37,664 bases of DNA from Gemmatimonadota bacterium (GCA_039590285.1 JBDHFS010000009.1:1-37664), one strand, 5' to 3'. Shown: positions 1 to 10,700, counted from the stretch's first letter. Numbers and translations are program-made. Notes: generated by a model not told the origin, from the letters alone.

Positions 1-472
1 CACGCTTCAGGTACTCCGACACCGCGGTGACACCATCCGAGCACTCTACCGAGAACTCCGTGATGGCCCGGAAGGAGGGATCCTGCCCGACCAGGGTGAT
101 GTCGGTGCCGTGCAGGGTCGTAACCACTCGGAGATCCCGGCCCTCGCGCTCCAGCATCTGCTTCGCGACCCACGCCGCTTCTGCATGCGGGATGGCGTAA
201 TGAGCGTGCATGATATCGAGCTCGTGCTGCCGAGCCACTTCGTGCATACGCACGGCGAGGGCAAGAGAGTACGGGGGATACTCGAACAGCGGGTAGTGCG
301 GGACTTCCACCTCGTGGAAGAACAGGCGCTCATGGAACGAGGTGAGCCGAAAGGGCTGCGCGTACGTGATGAAATGCACCTCGTGCCCCTTCGCCGCGAG
401 CTCGATTCCGAGCTCGGTGGCCAGGGCGCCCGAGCCTCCGTAGGTCGGATAGCAGGCGATCCCGATCCTCAT
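1..472 (-). CDS. bshA: N-acetyl-alpha-D-glucosaminyl L-malate synthase BshA (GT4 glycosyltransferase), N-terminal part; runs off the window edge
   Basis: Not in the ORF track. Manual translation from ATG at 472 gives [37 protein letters not shown]...HAHYAIPHA...[14 protein letters not shown], matching BshA motifs (CYPTxGGSG, Hx[16 protein letters not shown]). GGAG lies just upstream. Confidence 0.92.
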   Translation of the reverse strand, partial: MRIGIACYPTYGGSGALATELGIELAAKGHEVHFITYAQPFRLTSFHERLFFHEVEVPHYPLFEYPPYSLALAVRMHEVARQHELDIMHAHYAIPHAEAAWVAKQMLEREGRDLRVVTTLHGTDITLVGQDPSFRAITEFSVECSDGVTAVSEYLKR

Positions 473-506
473 TGTCTCCCCGTGTCTTGAGCTCTCATGG
501 GCCCGG

Positions 507-1463
507 TTACCGCTCCCGCCAGTCGGCCGCGATTCGCTCGGCCAGGGAAGCCGGCTCCTGCATCGCGTTCACTCGCTTCGCGTCGCGCGGAACCTGGTGG
601 CGGAGCCAGGTACGCTGCCGACGCGCGTACCGCCAGGTGTCTCGAAGGATGGCCTCCACAGCCGCCTCGCGCGAGGTCCTGCCGCTGAGCAGGTCGAGCA
701 CGGCCGTGTAGCCGATCGAGCTCATGGCGGGAGAGTCGGGACCGTGGCCCGCGGCGAGCAGCCCCTCGACCTCCTCGAGCCAGCCCCCCTCCAGGAACTT
801 CTGGGTTCGTTCCCCGATCCTATCGCGTAGGGCGCTTGCTTCTATCTCCAAGACCCAGGTGCTGGCCGCAATCGGGCCTGCCTCCGCCGGTCCGTTCCGC
901 TGCCACCAGGTGAGGCTACGGCCCGTGAGAAGGCTCAGCTCCAGCGCACGCGCCGCTCGCTGGCGGTCCACGACCCCGAGTCGATCGGTGAGCTGCGGGT
1001 CCAGGCGCTCGACCCAGCGCCTGACCTTGTCGAGAGGATTCTCCGCGACCCACCGCTCGAGAGCCACTCGCTGCCCGGGCTCGAGAACGGGCTCATCGAA
1101 GACCGGATCCGTGAGCGCCCGAACGAAGAACCCCGTCCCGCCCGCCACGATGGGCACGGCGCCCCTTCCCTCGATTTCCGTGATCCAACCGCGAGCCAAC
1201 CGCGCAAAACGCCCGGCTCCATACCGCTCGCCGGGCTCCAGGAAGGCCACGCCATGGTGAGGCAGCGAAGCCCGCTCCGCCGACGTCGGCGCAGCCGTTC
1301 CGATCTCCAGTCCCCTATAAGCCTGTCGGCTGTCCGCCGAGATGATCTCGCCTCCCAACAGCCGGGCCACCTCCAGGGCCACGGCCGTCTTCCCGGAGGC
1401 GGTAGGACCGAGGATGACCAGCGCGCGAGATCTGACGCCGGGTCTGACCCTATTCTCAGGCAT
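507..1463 (-). CDS. miaA: tRNA dimethylallyltransferase MiaA
   Basis: P-loop GPTASGKT, [16 protein letters not shown], GGTGFF, IGY and YARRQRTW motifs; follows mutL as usual. Start placed at MPENR (1463); ATGs at 1496 and 1508 are alternatives. The longer ORF-track start overlaps mutL. Confidence 0.95.
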   Translation of the reverse strand: MPENRVRPGVRSRALVILGPTASGKTAVALEVARLLGGEIISADSRQAYRGLEIGTAAPTSAERASLPHHGVAFLEPGERYGAGRFARLARGWITEIEGRGAVPIVAGGTGFFVRALTDPVFDEPVLEPGQRVALERWVAENPLDKVRRWVERLDPQLTDRLGVVDRQRAARALELSLLTGRSLTWWQRNGPAEAGPIAASTWVLEIEASALRDRIGERTQKFLEGGWLEEVEGLLAAGHGPDSPAMSSIGYTAVLDLLSGRTSREAAVEAILRDTWRYARRQRTWLRHQVPRDAKRVNAMQEPASLAERIAADWRER

Positions 1464-1516
1464 GGCATCGTCGCCCCGCTTGATGCCGGTCCGCATCTCC
1501 GGTGCCATCGGTGTGC

Positions 1517-3460
1517 TCACGAGCGGCCGAACCGGCGAGCCAGCTCCTCCATCGTAAGCCGCAGAATGTTCGGACGTCCGTGGACGTCGTGACCGGGAAG
1601 CTCCGTGGCGAAGAGCCGGTCCACCAGCTCGTCCATCTCGACGGCGGAAAGAGGTTGGCCCGCCTTGATCGCACTCTTGCACGCGAGGCTCCTGGCAATC
1701 CGCTCGTGCTGGTTGCGAGCTGAGTTCACGAGCTCGGAGCCATGCGTCAGCTCGGCGACCATGTCCCGGAAACACGCTTCCGCGTCGAAGTGGGGGTGGG
1801 GGTTTGGAGCCGCGTGCACGATGACCGTGCGATCCCCGAAAGCCTCGACCTCGAAGCCGACCGAGCGGATCATTCTGCCGAGCTCTTCGACGGCGGCGAA
1901 CTCGGCTGGGGACAGGCGAACCGTCAGCGGAAACAGCAGTCGCTGGGATTCAGCCCCCTCGCCACGAAATCGGCCCATGATCTCCTCGAACAGCACGCGC
2001 TCGTGCGCGGAGTGCTGGTCGATGATGAGCAGTCCTTCGCGTGTAGATACCAGTATGTACGAGTCGTGCAACTGCCACGCGTGCGCTCGCGCCGCTCGAG
2101 CGGCCGCGCCGAGCGGAGGCTCCGCTCCGGACTCGATGTCGGCTTCCGTTCCGGCTACGAGCCTATCGTCGCCTGTGGCTGCTCCGTCGAGCCTGGAGTC
2201 CGCGCTCTCCTGCCGCGACACGAAGAAGGCGAGCTGCGGTGGCACCTCACCGTGGGCGGCATCCTCTGCGCCGGCAGCACGCTCGGCGACCCGGGTGGGA
2301 ATGGGGTCACCGACACCCGCCGCGCTCCATGCCGGCCGGCCGGAGCCGAGACGGTCAGGCGCCGCCGGGATCGGTTCGGGACCCAGACCCGGCGCGCTGA
2401 TGACCGCGGCAAGTCGCTGTCGTACCGTCGCGGCCACAGCCTCCCTCACCAGAGCGGTGTCGCTGAATCGCACTTCCGCCTTCGCGGGGTGGACGTTGAC
2501 ATCCACACTGCCTACCGGTGGACGCAGGTACAGCAGAAAGGTCGGCCGCAGGCCCGGTGCGACGGTGGTACGGTACGCGTCGTCAACGACTCGAACGAGC
2601 GCGGAGTCCCTGAACGGACGACCGTCCACGAACAGGTAGCGTCTGCCGCCGGACGGCCGCGCAGCGTCCGGTCTCTGAATCAGCCCGGCGACGCGGATTC
2701 CTTCTACCTCCCGATCCACCTCCAGCAACTGGCCGGCATCTTCATCACCCCAGATCGCGGCCACGCGCTCCCAGAGCGTCGAAACGGACGGAAGGTCGAG
2801 GAGATCTCTCTCGTTCGACTTCAGGTGAAAGGCTGTACCGAGGTTCGACAGAGCCAACAACAACACGGTCTCGCTGATCGCCCGCGTCTCGGCTCCCGCG
2901 GCTCGCAGAAATTTGGCCCGCGCGGGAACGCTCTGAAAGAGTGACCGCACAGTGACGGTGGTACCCGGCTGCCGGACGATCTCCTCGGTGGAGAGCACGC
3001 GACCGCCCTGCACGCGGATCCTGGTACCGGGGCCTCCGTCGAAGGGCGCGGTCTCCAACTCGAAGCGGCTCACGGCCGCGATGGAGGGCAACGCTTCACC
3101 CCGGAAACCGAACGACGCTACGCTGCGCAGATCGTCGGCCGCACGGATCTTGCTGGTTGCGTGCCGGTCGAGTGCCAGCAGCGCGTCCGGCCGGTTCATT
3201 CCCTCGCCGTCGTCGGCCACCCGGATCAGGATCTTGCCGCCGCTCCTGACTTCGATGCGAACGGACGTCGCTCCCGCATCCAGCGCATTCTCGACCAGCT
3301 CCTTGACTACGGACGCCGGCCGCTCGACCACTTCGCCGGCGGCGATCTGGTTCGCCACGTGGTCCGGGAGGATGTGGATCCGGCGTGTGGCTCCAGCATC
3401 TGAAGCGACGGCGGGTCGGGCACCGTCATCCGGACGCGATCCGTCCCTATCCGCATTCAA
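1517..3460 (-). CDS. mutL: DNA mismatch repair endonuclease MutL
   Basis: NQIAAGEVVERPASVVKELVENALDAGA, HATSKI, FGFRGEAL, DVNVHPAK, endonuclease motif DQHSAHERVLFE, ACK and HGRP. Start uncertain; TTG at 3460 overlaps the tatD stop (TTGA). Confidence 0.96.
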   Translation of the reverse strand: MNADRDGSRPDDGARPAVASDAGATRRIHILPDHVANQIAAGEVVERPASVVKELVENALDAGATSVRIEVRSGGKILIRVADDGEGMNRPDALLALDRHATSKIRAADDLRSVASFGFRGEALPSIAAVSRFELETAPFDGGPGTRIRVQGGRVLSTEEIVRQPGTTVTVRSLFQSVPARAKFLRAAGAETRAISETVLLLALSNLGTAFHLKSNERDLLDLPSVSTLWERVAAIWGDEDAGQLLEVDREVEGIRVAGLIQRPDAARPSGGRRYLFVDGRPFRDSALVRVVDDAYRTTVAPGLRPTFLLYLRPPVGSVDVNVHPAKAEVRFSDTALVREAVAATVRQRLAAVISAPGLGPEPIPAAPDRLGSGRPAWSAAGVGDPIPTRVAERAAGAEDAAHGEVPPQLAFFVSRQESADSRLDGAATGDDRLVAGTEADIESGAEPPLGAAARAARAHAWQLHDSYILVSTREGLLIIDQHSAHERVLFEEIMGRFRGEGAESQRLLFPLTVRLSPAEFAAVEELGRMIRSVGFEVEAFGDRTVIVHAAPNPHPHFDAEACFRDMVAELTHGSELVNSARNQHERIARSLACKSAIKAGQPLSAVEMDELVDRLFATELPGHDVHGRPNILRLTMEELARRFGRS

Positions 3461-4230
3461 TCGACCACCTCGATGCCGTACAGCCGACACGCATTAGCGA
3501 ACGTGGCCTCAGCCAGTGCCTCGGGTGACTCGCCCCGTATTTCGGCTACCGCCCGGCACGTGTGCTCCAAAAAAGCGGGCTCGTTGCGCCGGCCGCGGTT
3601 CGGAGCAGGGGCAAGGTACGGGCTGTCGGTCTCGACGAGCAGGCGATCCCGAGGCACGCGGCGAACCTGCTCCGCATCTTCGAACTTTCGAAAGGTGACG
3701 ATTCCCGAGAAGGAAATGTACCACCCGGCCTCCAGCCCGCATTCCAGTAGCTCCGACCCTCCCGAAAAGCAGTGCAGAACCCCCTTCACACGACTGGCGA
3801 AGCGCCGGATGAACGCGCCCGTCTCGGGGTCGGCGGACCGGGAATGCACTACCACCGGAAGCCCCGTTTCGGCAGCCAGCTCCAGGTGCGCCTCGAAGCT
3901 CTCCTGCTGCCCAGCGCGGGGGGAGTTGTCGTAGTGAAAGTCGAGACCGGTCTCGCCGATGGCCACGACCGACGGTCGACTGGCCAGCGATCGGATTCGG
4001 CCCAGGAGATCCGGTGTATAGTCGCGTGCCTCGTGCGGATGCAGACCGGCCGTGGCCCAGATGCCTTCGCCGGCGTCGGCGAGGGCAATCGCGTCCCCGG
4101 CGTCATCGGGGTTTGAGGCTACAGTCACCATGCCTGAGACGCCCGTCGCCCGGGCCCGGGCGATCGCATCGTCCAGGTCGTCCGCGAAGGCGGCGTCAGT
4201 GAGGTGAAGATGTGAATCGAAGAGCTTCAC
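3457..4230 (-). CDS. tatD: TatD family hydrolase/DNase
   Basis: DSHLH, GLHPH, IGETGLDF, HSR, HCFSG, ETDSPYLAP and RNEP motifs; 257 aa. Confidence 0.93.
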   Translation of the reverse strand: MKLFDSHLHLTDAAFADDLDDAIARARATGVSGMVTVASNPDDAGDAIALADAGEGIWATAGLHPHEARDYTPDLLGRIRSLASRPSVVAIGETGLDFHYDNSPRAGQQESFEAHLELAAETGLPVVVHSRSADPETGAFIRRFASRVKGVLHCFSGGSELLECGLEAGWYISFSGIVTFRKFEDAEQVRRVPRDRLLVETDSPYLAPAPNRGRRNEPAFLEHTCRAVAEIRGESPEALAEATFANACRLYGIEVVD

Positions 4231-4333
4231 CAGCGCCAGACCGTCAGGTTGAGCTTGTCACCCGGTGCCCCCGGGGAAGCTCCGCACCGACGCACGCGCC
4301 GGATCACCGGAAGCCGCCGCACGCATGCCCGGG

Positions 4334-5230
4334 TCAGCGACGTCTCTTCTCCCTGCGGCGGGAGCTCTGCTCGATCTCCAGGAGCGCGGGAGACGCCACG
4401 AAGATCGAGGAGTACGTGCCTATCACTACTCCGAGGATGAGGACCAGCGCAAACGGGCGCACGACGGCGCCACCCAGGATGAACAGCGCCATGAGCGTGG
4501 CGAGCGTGGTGGCACTAGTCAGCACGGTCCGGGGCAGTGTCTCGTTGATGCTGGAGTCGAGGATGTCGATGTATTTGTCCTTGCGTCGCTTCTTGAGGTT
4601 CTCGCGGATGCGATCGAACACCACGATCGTGTCGTTCAACGAGTACCCCAGGATCGTCAGGATGGCGGCCACCGTTGCCAGCGTGATCTCGATATTCAGC
4701 ACCGAGATGAAGCCGAACGTGATCGTGATGTCGTGGAATGTGGCCACAATGGCCGCAATCCCGAACCGCCACTCGAAGCGGAAAGCCAGGTACACGAGTG
4801 TCAGCGCGAACGAGATCAGGATGGCGATGAGCGCCTTGCGCTGCAGCTCGGAGCCGACCTTCGGCCCCACCGCGTCAGTGCTCATGGTGAAGCCGTCAGC
4901 GCCATACGAATCGACCAGGACGGCGTAGACATCGTCGACCACGCCTTCGAAGGCCTGTGTGCGGATGAGGAAGTCGTTGGAGCCGCCGAACTGCTGGATC
5001 TGTGCGCCCTCCATGCCCGCTGCGCCCATGACCGAGCGAAGGTCGCCGACCGACGTCTCCCCAGTGAATTCCACCTGAAACTGCGTGCCGCCCGTGAAGT
5101 CCACTCCGTACCGTGGACCGCCGTGCAGAACCAGGGAAACCAGTCCTACCAGCAACATGGAGCCGGAGACGACGTACGCGTGCTTCCGCTGAGAGAGGAA
5201 GGCGTATTTGGCGTTTCGGAAGAATCTCAT
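4334..5230 (-). CDS. secF: Protein translocase subunit SecF
   Basis: GVDFTGG, VGPKVGSEL, RFEWRF, HD, GYSLNDTIVVFDRIRE, GTYSSIFVA; directly downstream of secD. Confidence 0.96.
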   Translation of the reverse strand: MRFFRNAKYAFLSQRKHAYVVSGSMLLVGLVSLVLHGGPRYGVDFTGGTQFQVEFTGETSVGDLRSVMGAAGMEGAQIQQFGGSNDFLIRTQAFEGVVDDVYAVLVDSYGADGFTMSTDAVGPKVGSELQRKALIAILISFALTLVYLAFRFEWRFGIAAIVATFHDITITFGFISVLNIEITLATVAAILTILGYSLNDTIVVFDRIRENLKKRRKDKYIDILDSSINETLPRTVLTSATTLATLMALFILGGAVVRPFALVLILGVVIGTYSSIFVASPALLEIEQSSRRREKRRR

Positions 5231-5242
5231 ATCAGGACCGTG

Positions 5243-6949
5243 TCAGATGCTCAGGGACTCGGTCGGCGAACGCCGCTCGAGGTACAAGAGGAAGAACGTC
5301 CGTGTCACGTACAGCGCCGTGAAGAAGGACGCCATGATACCGATGCTCAGAGTCACGGCGAATCCGCGGATCGGACCCGTGCCGAACTGGTACAGGATCG
5401 CCGCCGTGATCAGCGTGGTCAGGTTGGCGTCGACGATTGCCGACAGCGCCTGCGCGAAGCCGGAGTCAACGGCCGTGCGCGGCGTCTTCCCGCCATCCGA
5501 CTCCTCTCGTATTCGTTCAAAGATCAGGACGTTGGCGTCCACGGCCATTCCGATGGAGAGGATGAGGCCCGCGATACCGGGCAAGGTCAGTGTGGCTCCG
5601 AGACCCGCCAGGCCGCCCAAAACCAGAAGCACATAGATCCCCAGGGCAACGACCGCCATCGCCCCGGCAATCCTGTAGTACCAGCTCATCAGCATGACCA
5701 CGCCGATGATCCCTATGATGAACGCGTTGCGTCCCGTGCGGATCGAGTCCGCCCCGAGCGATGCGCTCACGGATCGTTCCTCGACGATCCTGATCGGCAT
5801 CGGAAGCGCTCCGGCTCGCAGTACAAGGGCCAGGTCCTGCGCCTCCTGGAAGCTCGAACCGGCGCCCATCTCGATCTGCGCCCGGCGGCTCAGAGTCTGC
5901 CGGATCACCGGAGCGCTCTGCACCCGCAGATCGAGCACGATCGCCATGTACCGACCCACGTTTGGGGAGGTGCCCCGCTCGAACACGCGCGCCCCGCGGC
6001 GTGTAGTCTCGAACGGCACATAGGGCTGATTGAACTGTGGGTCCCGGGCGGCGGGGCCCGCGTCGGCCAGGAGGTCACCGGTCAGAATCGGATCGGCCTC
6101 GAGAACATAGAGCTCGCGATACGCGGCTCCCGCAGCCGAGGTCGGGTCGGCACCCCAGCGCAGCTCCGTGTTCCTGGGCAGCGCATCCCGGAGGGCCTCG
6201 GTCGCCAGGTACCTCTCGACCGTCGGGACGTCCTCTTCGGCCACGAGAAGCATGCCCGGCGTCCCCGACTCCAGCAGGAGCGCGGTCAGGGGTCTGAGCT
6301 CGGACGGCCCCGTGTCCTGATCGGCCGCGGCGCTGTCGGCTGCGATCGTCGTATCGGGAGCGGTCCCTTCGGAATCCTCAACGTCGGCGTCGGCACCGGT
6401 GGTGTCCGCTGCCGTGGCCGTCGTGTCCTGCGCCGTGCCCAGAATATCCGAGAGAGCCGGGGTCTCCACATCGACCTCCTCGACACCCGCGTCCTGCAGA
6501 TTCTCGGCACCGAGCTCCAGCACCAGCCCACGGTCGATGCGCGGGAGCGCGTTGCGGAAGTTGTCGTCCTCACGGACGAGCTTGAACTCCAGGAACGCGG
6601 TCCGCTCGACGATCGCCTTGGCGCGCTCGGGATCGTCGATGCCGGCGAGCTCGACGATGATCCTCTCGTTTCCCACGCGCTGAATGGATGGCTCGCGAAC
6701 GCCGAACTCGTCGATCCGATTGCGGATCGTGGTCAGCGTACGCTCGAGCGCATCGGCCCTTCCCTCCTCGGTCAGCGTGCCGTCAGGATCATCGATCTCG
6801 ACCGCCAGATGCATTCCGCCCTGCAGGTCCAGACCGAGGTTGATGGCCGGAACCCTGTCGCCGGTGGGCCCCGTCTTCGGAATCAGGGCATACACGCATA
6901 CGACGATGAGTCCCAGTATGACGATCAGTCGATTTCGGATGTTACGCAT
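5243..6949 (-). CDS. secD: Protein translocase subunit SecD
   Basis: LGLDLQGG, RNRIDEFGVREP, LRAGALP, LTLPGIAGLILSIGMAVDANVLIFERIREE, GTGPIRGFAVTL. Confidence 0.97.
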   Translation of the reverse strand: MRNIRNRLIVILGLIVVCVYALIPKTGPTGDRVPAINLGLDLQGGMHLAVEIDDPDGTLTEEGRADALERTLTTIRNRIDEFGVREPSIQRVGNERIIVELAGIDDPERAKAIVERTAFLEFKLVREDDNFRNALPRIDRGLVLELGAENLQDAGVEEVDVETPALSDILGTAQDTTATAADTTGADADVEDSEGTAPDTTIAADSAAADQDTGPSELRPLTALLLESGTPGMLLVAEEDVPTVERYLATEALRDALPRNTELRWGADPTSAAGAAYRELYVLEADPILTGDLLADAGPAARDPQFNQPYVPFETTRRGARVFERGTSPNVGRYMAIVLDLRVQSAPVIRQTLSRRAQIEMGAGSSFQEAQDLALVLRAGALPMPIRIVEERSVSASLGADSIRTGRNAFIIGIIGVVMLMSWYYRIAGAMAVVALGIYVLLVLGGLAGLGATLTLPGIAGLILSIGMAVDANVLIFERIREESDGGKTPRTAVDSGFAQALSAIVDANLTTLITAAILYQFGTGPIRGFAVTLSIGIMASFFTALYVTRTFFLLYLERRSPTESLSI

Positions 6950-7068
6950 CGATACGGGCCAGTCCTCTGCCTTGGTACTTCAAGTGCTTCGCCGGCCTCC
7001 TGCCGGCTCCGTTCACAAGCGGCGCAAGGTACGGAGGAAAGGCTCGATTGAAAACCCCGCGGGCGGGC

Positions 7069-7281
7069 TCAAACGTCGCTTCGAACCTCGCCCCGAAGGT
7101 GGATTCCCGTGTTGCACAGGATGTCCTCCATGAGGCACCAACCGGTGATCCCCGACTGGAGGAGGTTGAGGCCGACGAAGGCGGTGAACAACAGCCACCA
7201 GGGGCTGACCCACCACCCCAACGCCAGGCTGATGAGCGCGAATGTGCCCGCGATGATACGTATCTTCCTCTCCAGGCTCAT
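7069..7281 (-). CDS. DUF2892 / YgaP-like small membrane protein (70 aa)
   Basis: MSLERKIRIIAG...WWLLFTAFVGLNLLQSGITGWCLME matches the DUF2892 pattern (ER.IR, GLNL.QS..TGWC). Strong AGGAG SD before ATG 7281; the upstream extension in the ORF track is not credible. Confidence 0.88.
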   Translation of the reverse strand: MSLERKIRIIAGTFALISLALGWWVSPWWLLFTAFVGLNLLQSGITGWCLMEDILCNTGIHLRGEVRSDV

Positions 7282-7322
7282 GTAATCTTCTCCTTTTGTG
7301 ATTCCGGGTTTCGAGAGCCGTG

Positions 7323-7655
7323 TCATTCCTGCGCCCCGGCTGTCGGCGGCCGCTGGCATCCGCACGCGGACGCATCCTCCACTCCCAACAGGAAGGCTCG
7401 GATCGGATGTTTCGGGTCCTCGATGGCCGTACATGCCTGCACGCCGTCGAGGATGCGCCGGGCGGCGTATTCCTCCGCGAAGACCAGGATCAGCCCGGAG
7501 CGATACGGCGAGGCAGCCGAGTACCAGCCACCGACACCACCCGGTCCGTGTCCTTCCACAGCCAGCCTGCTGAACGTGCCCACCTCCAGCTCCGAGAGCA
7601 GCCCCTCGACGCACTTCTCGTCGCCCTCCAGGTAGGTCAGCATCACTAGTTTCAT
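7323..7655 (-). CDS. Small transporter-associated protein, possibly PII-like/ferredoxin fold (PG0541-like), 110 aa
   Basis: MKLVMLTY...VEGHG...W...ILVFAEE...PIRAFLLGVE resembles PII-like proteins found after RND permeases. GAGG upstream of ATG 7655. Fold assignment is inference. Confidence 0.6.
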   Translation of the reverse strand: MKLVMLTYLEGDEKCVEGLLSELEVGTFSRLAVEGHGPGGVGGWYSAASPYRSGLILVFAEEYAARRILDGVQACTAIEDPKHPIRAFLLGVEDASACGCQRPPTAGAQE

Positions 7656-7752
7656 GGGTTTCGTGCCTCGTATCGATATTCCTGGCGCGGTCGTCCGGTG
7701 TAATTGAGCCCCCGGATGAAGCGCCTGTTCAAGTCTCTTCGAGTCCGACCCT

Positions 7753-10700
7753 TCATACCACCGCCGGGGCGGTCCTGGGCTCGGGATCCGACATAGGCTC
7801 CGTATCGGGTTCGGGATTCGGTTCCGGGGAAGTCTCGGCCTCCAGCATCGGATCGGGACTCGCACCCACCGACCGGTCGCGCTTCAGAAGGAAGTAGATC
7901 CCTGGCACGACGACGAGGGTCAGAAGGGTGGAAGCGAGTGACCCCGTGATCAACGCCACCGCCAGGCCCTCGAAGATCGGATCGAACAGGATGACGATTG
8001 CACCGATAATCACCGTGCCGGCGGTCAGTGCGATCGGTCGGGTCCGTACGGCACCGGCCTCGATCACCGCCCGGCTCAAGGGAACGCCCGTATCGAGGCG
8101 CGCTTCCAGGTAGTCGATCAGGAGGATCCCGTTTCGGACCATGATCCCGGCCAGAGCGATCATCCCGATCATCGACGTGGCCGTGAAGAAGGCGCCGAAC
8201 ACGAGATGGCCGGGGGCGATTCCGACCAGAGTGAGCGGGATCGCCGTCATCATCACGAGCGGGGTGATGAAGCTGCCGAACCACGCGACGAGCAGGCCGT
8301 AGATGAGCAGCAGCGCGCCCGCGAAAGCGATCCCCAGATCGCGAAACACCTCGTAGGTTACCTGCCACTCGCCATCCCATTTCATCACGGGCTGCTCGAC
8401 TGTACCCGGCTGGCGGGTGTATAGCTGCCCGAGCCCGGCGCCCGAAGGCAAGCGGATCTCCGCGACACGGTCCTGCAGGTCCAGTATCGCGTACACGGGG
8501 CTCTCCTCGGCCCCCGCCACATCGGCGGTCACGTAGACCACTCTCTGGCCGTTCTTCCGGTCGATTGGCTGAGGCACGGTGGCCCATTCGGTGGCGACCA
8601 GCTGGCCGACAGGCACCATGCCGCCCATCCGGGATGCCACGTGGAGGGCCCCGATCCTGTCGGGGCCCGAGCGGGCCTCCTCCGGAAGACGAACACGGAC
8701 GGGAACGGCCGCCCTGGCCTCGGGAGCCGACAGCTGCGTCGCAACCGTACCGCCCAGGCCGATGGCCAGCGCGTGGACGACCTGCGCCTTCGCTACTCCC
8801 GAGAGGGCAGCCCTTTCCTCGTCCACAGACAGACGCAGCTCCTCCTGTGGATGGATCAGAGACCAGTCGACGTCCACGACGCCGGGCTGCTCCGCGAACC
8901 GGAGCATGACCTGCTCGGCGACCTCCCGCTGGGCCATTGGGTCCGTCCCGTACACTTCGGCCACCAGGGTCGAGAGCACGGGCGGGCCGGGAGGCACCTC
9001 GACCACTTTGGCCCGGGCACCGGTCCCGGATACGGCCACCACGGAGTCGACGATCGGTCGGACGGCTTTCGCGATGTCATGACTCCGAGTGCTTCGTTGG
9101 GACTTATCAACAAGGTTTACCTGAATATCTGCAACATTATTTCCTTCACGAAGATAGTAGTGTCTAATCAGTCCGTTGAAGTTGAACGGAGCCGCCACCC
9201 CGGCGAACACCTGGACGTCGGCGATCTCGGGAACGGCCGAGAGGCCACGGGCGACGTCCACGGCGAGCGCCGCGCTGGTCTCCAGCGTGGTCCCTTCGGG
9301 CAGGTCCAGGATGACCTGGATCTCGTTCTTGTCGTCAAACGGGAGCATCTTCACCATGACCGTCCGCGTGAAGAACAGGCCGGTGGCACCCAGCAGCAGC
9401 AGGGTCACGACTCCCAGAGCCACGAGCAGGCGTCCGGGCCTCTCGAGCAGGGGATACATGAGCCACCGGTAAGCCCTGTAGATCTTCGTGTCCTCCAGTA
9501 CGTAAGGGGCATCCTCATTCTGACCGTGGTGAGTCTTGCCCAGGAGCCGGAAGGCGAGCCACGGAGTCCCGATGAGAGCGACGAGCAGCGAGAACATCAT
9601 GGCCAGGCTCGCCCCGATCGGCATCGGGCTCATGTAGGGCCCCATGAGGCCGGACACGAACAGCATGGGAAGGACGGCCGCGATCACGGTCAGGGTCGCC
9701 AGGATGGTCGGGTTCCCGACTTCGTCCACCGCGGCGCGCGCTGCCGCCCGGAGCGGTCGGTCCCTCATGCGGAAGTGCCGCTCCATGTTCTCCGCGACGA
9801 TGATCGAGTCGTCGATGACGATCCCGGTCACGAAGATCAGAGCGAACAGGGTTACCCGATTCAGCGTGTATCCGAAGATCTGGTACACGAACAGAGTGAG
9901 GGCAAACGTGATCGGGACGGCGAGCATCACGACCAGGGCGCTGCGCCATCCCATGAAGACGGCAACGACGATGCCGACGGCGATCACGGCGAGACCCAGA
10001 TGTTCCTTCAGCGTCGCGACCTTCTCGCGGGCTGTCTCGCCGTAGTTCCGCGTTACCAGTGCATCCACGTCGGCCGTGACGATCCTTCCCTCCAACCGCT
10101 TCAGCGTGTGCTCCAGGCGGCGTCCTACTTCGGTCGCGTCCGAGCCAGGCCGTTTCGAAACCGCGATGCTGACCATGGGGACAAGAGCTTCGCCCGGTCG
10201 GCCGTGGAACGTGTAGCTGTCCACTTCGGCGGCACCGTCGGTCACGGCGGCCACATCGCCTACCTGGACGAGCCGTCCGTCGCGGACGTCGAGAACGACT
10301 CCGGCGACATCCTCGGCGGTCCTCAGGAAGGGGCCGCCCACGACTCGCACCACTCGGTCAGCCGCCGCGTATCGGCCGGCCTCGAAGCTGATGTTGGCAG
10401 CCTTCAGGCGCTCGACTACGATGCCAGGGTCCACGCCCAGCTCGGCCAGGCGCTCCGGAGAGAGCTCGACTCTGATCTCGTGCGGCTGCCCCCCTATTAC
10501 CTGCACGTCCCGGACGTCGGTCACGGATTCGAAGGCGACTGCCACCTCTTCCGCCATCCGTCTCAGCTCGGCATGGTCACGATCGCCCGCCAGGGTGACC
10601 GAGAAGAACGGCACATCATCGATCGCCACGGTCTTCACGAGCGGGAACGCGAGGCCTGCCGGCATTCTGTCGGCGTGCTTCATCAGCGTGGCGTACAGCC

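Noticed and set aside
4265-7051. 928-aa plus-strand ORF spanning secD and secF
   Set aside because: Antisense shadow of two in-frame GC-rich genes; no recognisable motifs.
7760-7860. Short PEP-type repeats at the RND C-terminus (PEPNPEPDTEP...DPEP)
   Set aside because: Low-complexity disordered tail inside a CDS; not a DNA repeat array or a PEP-CTERM signal, as no TM segment or basic tail follows.
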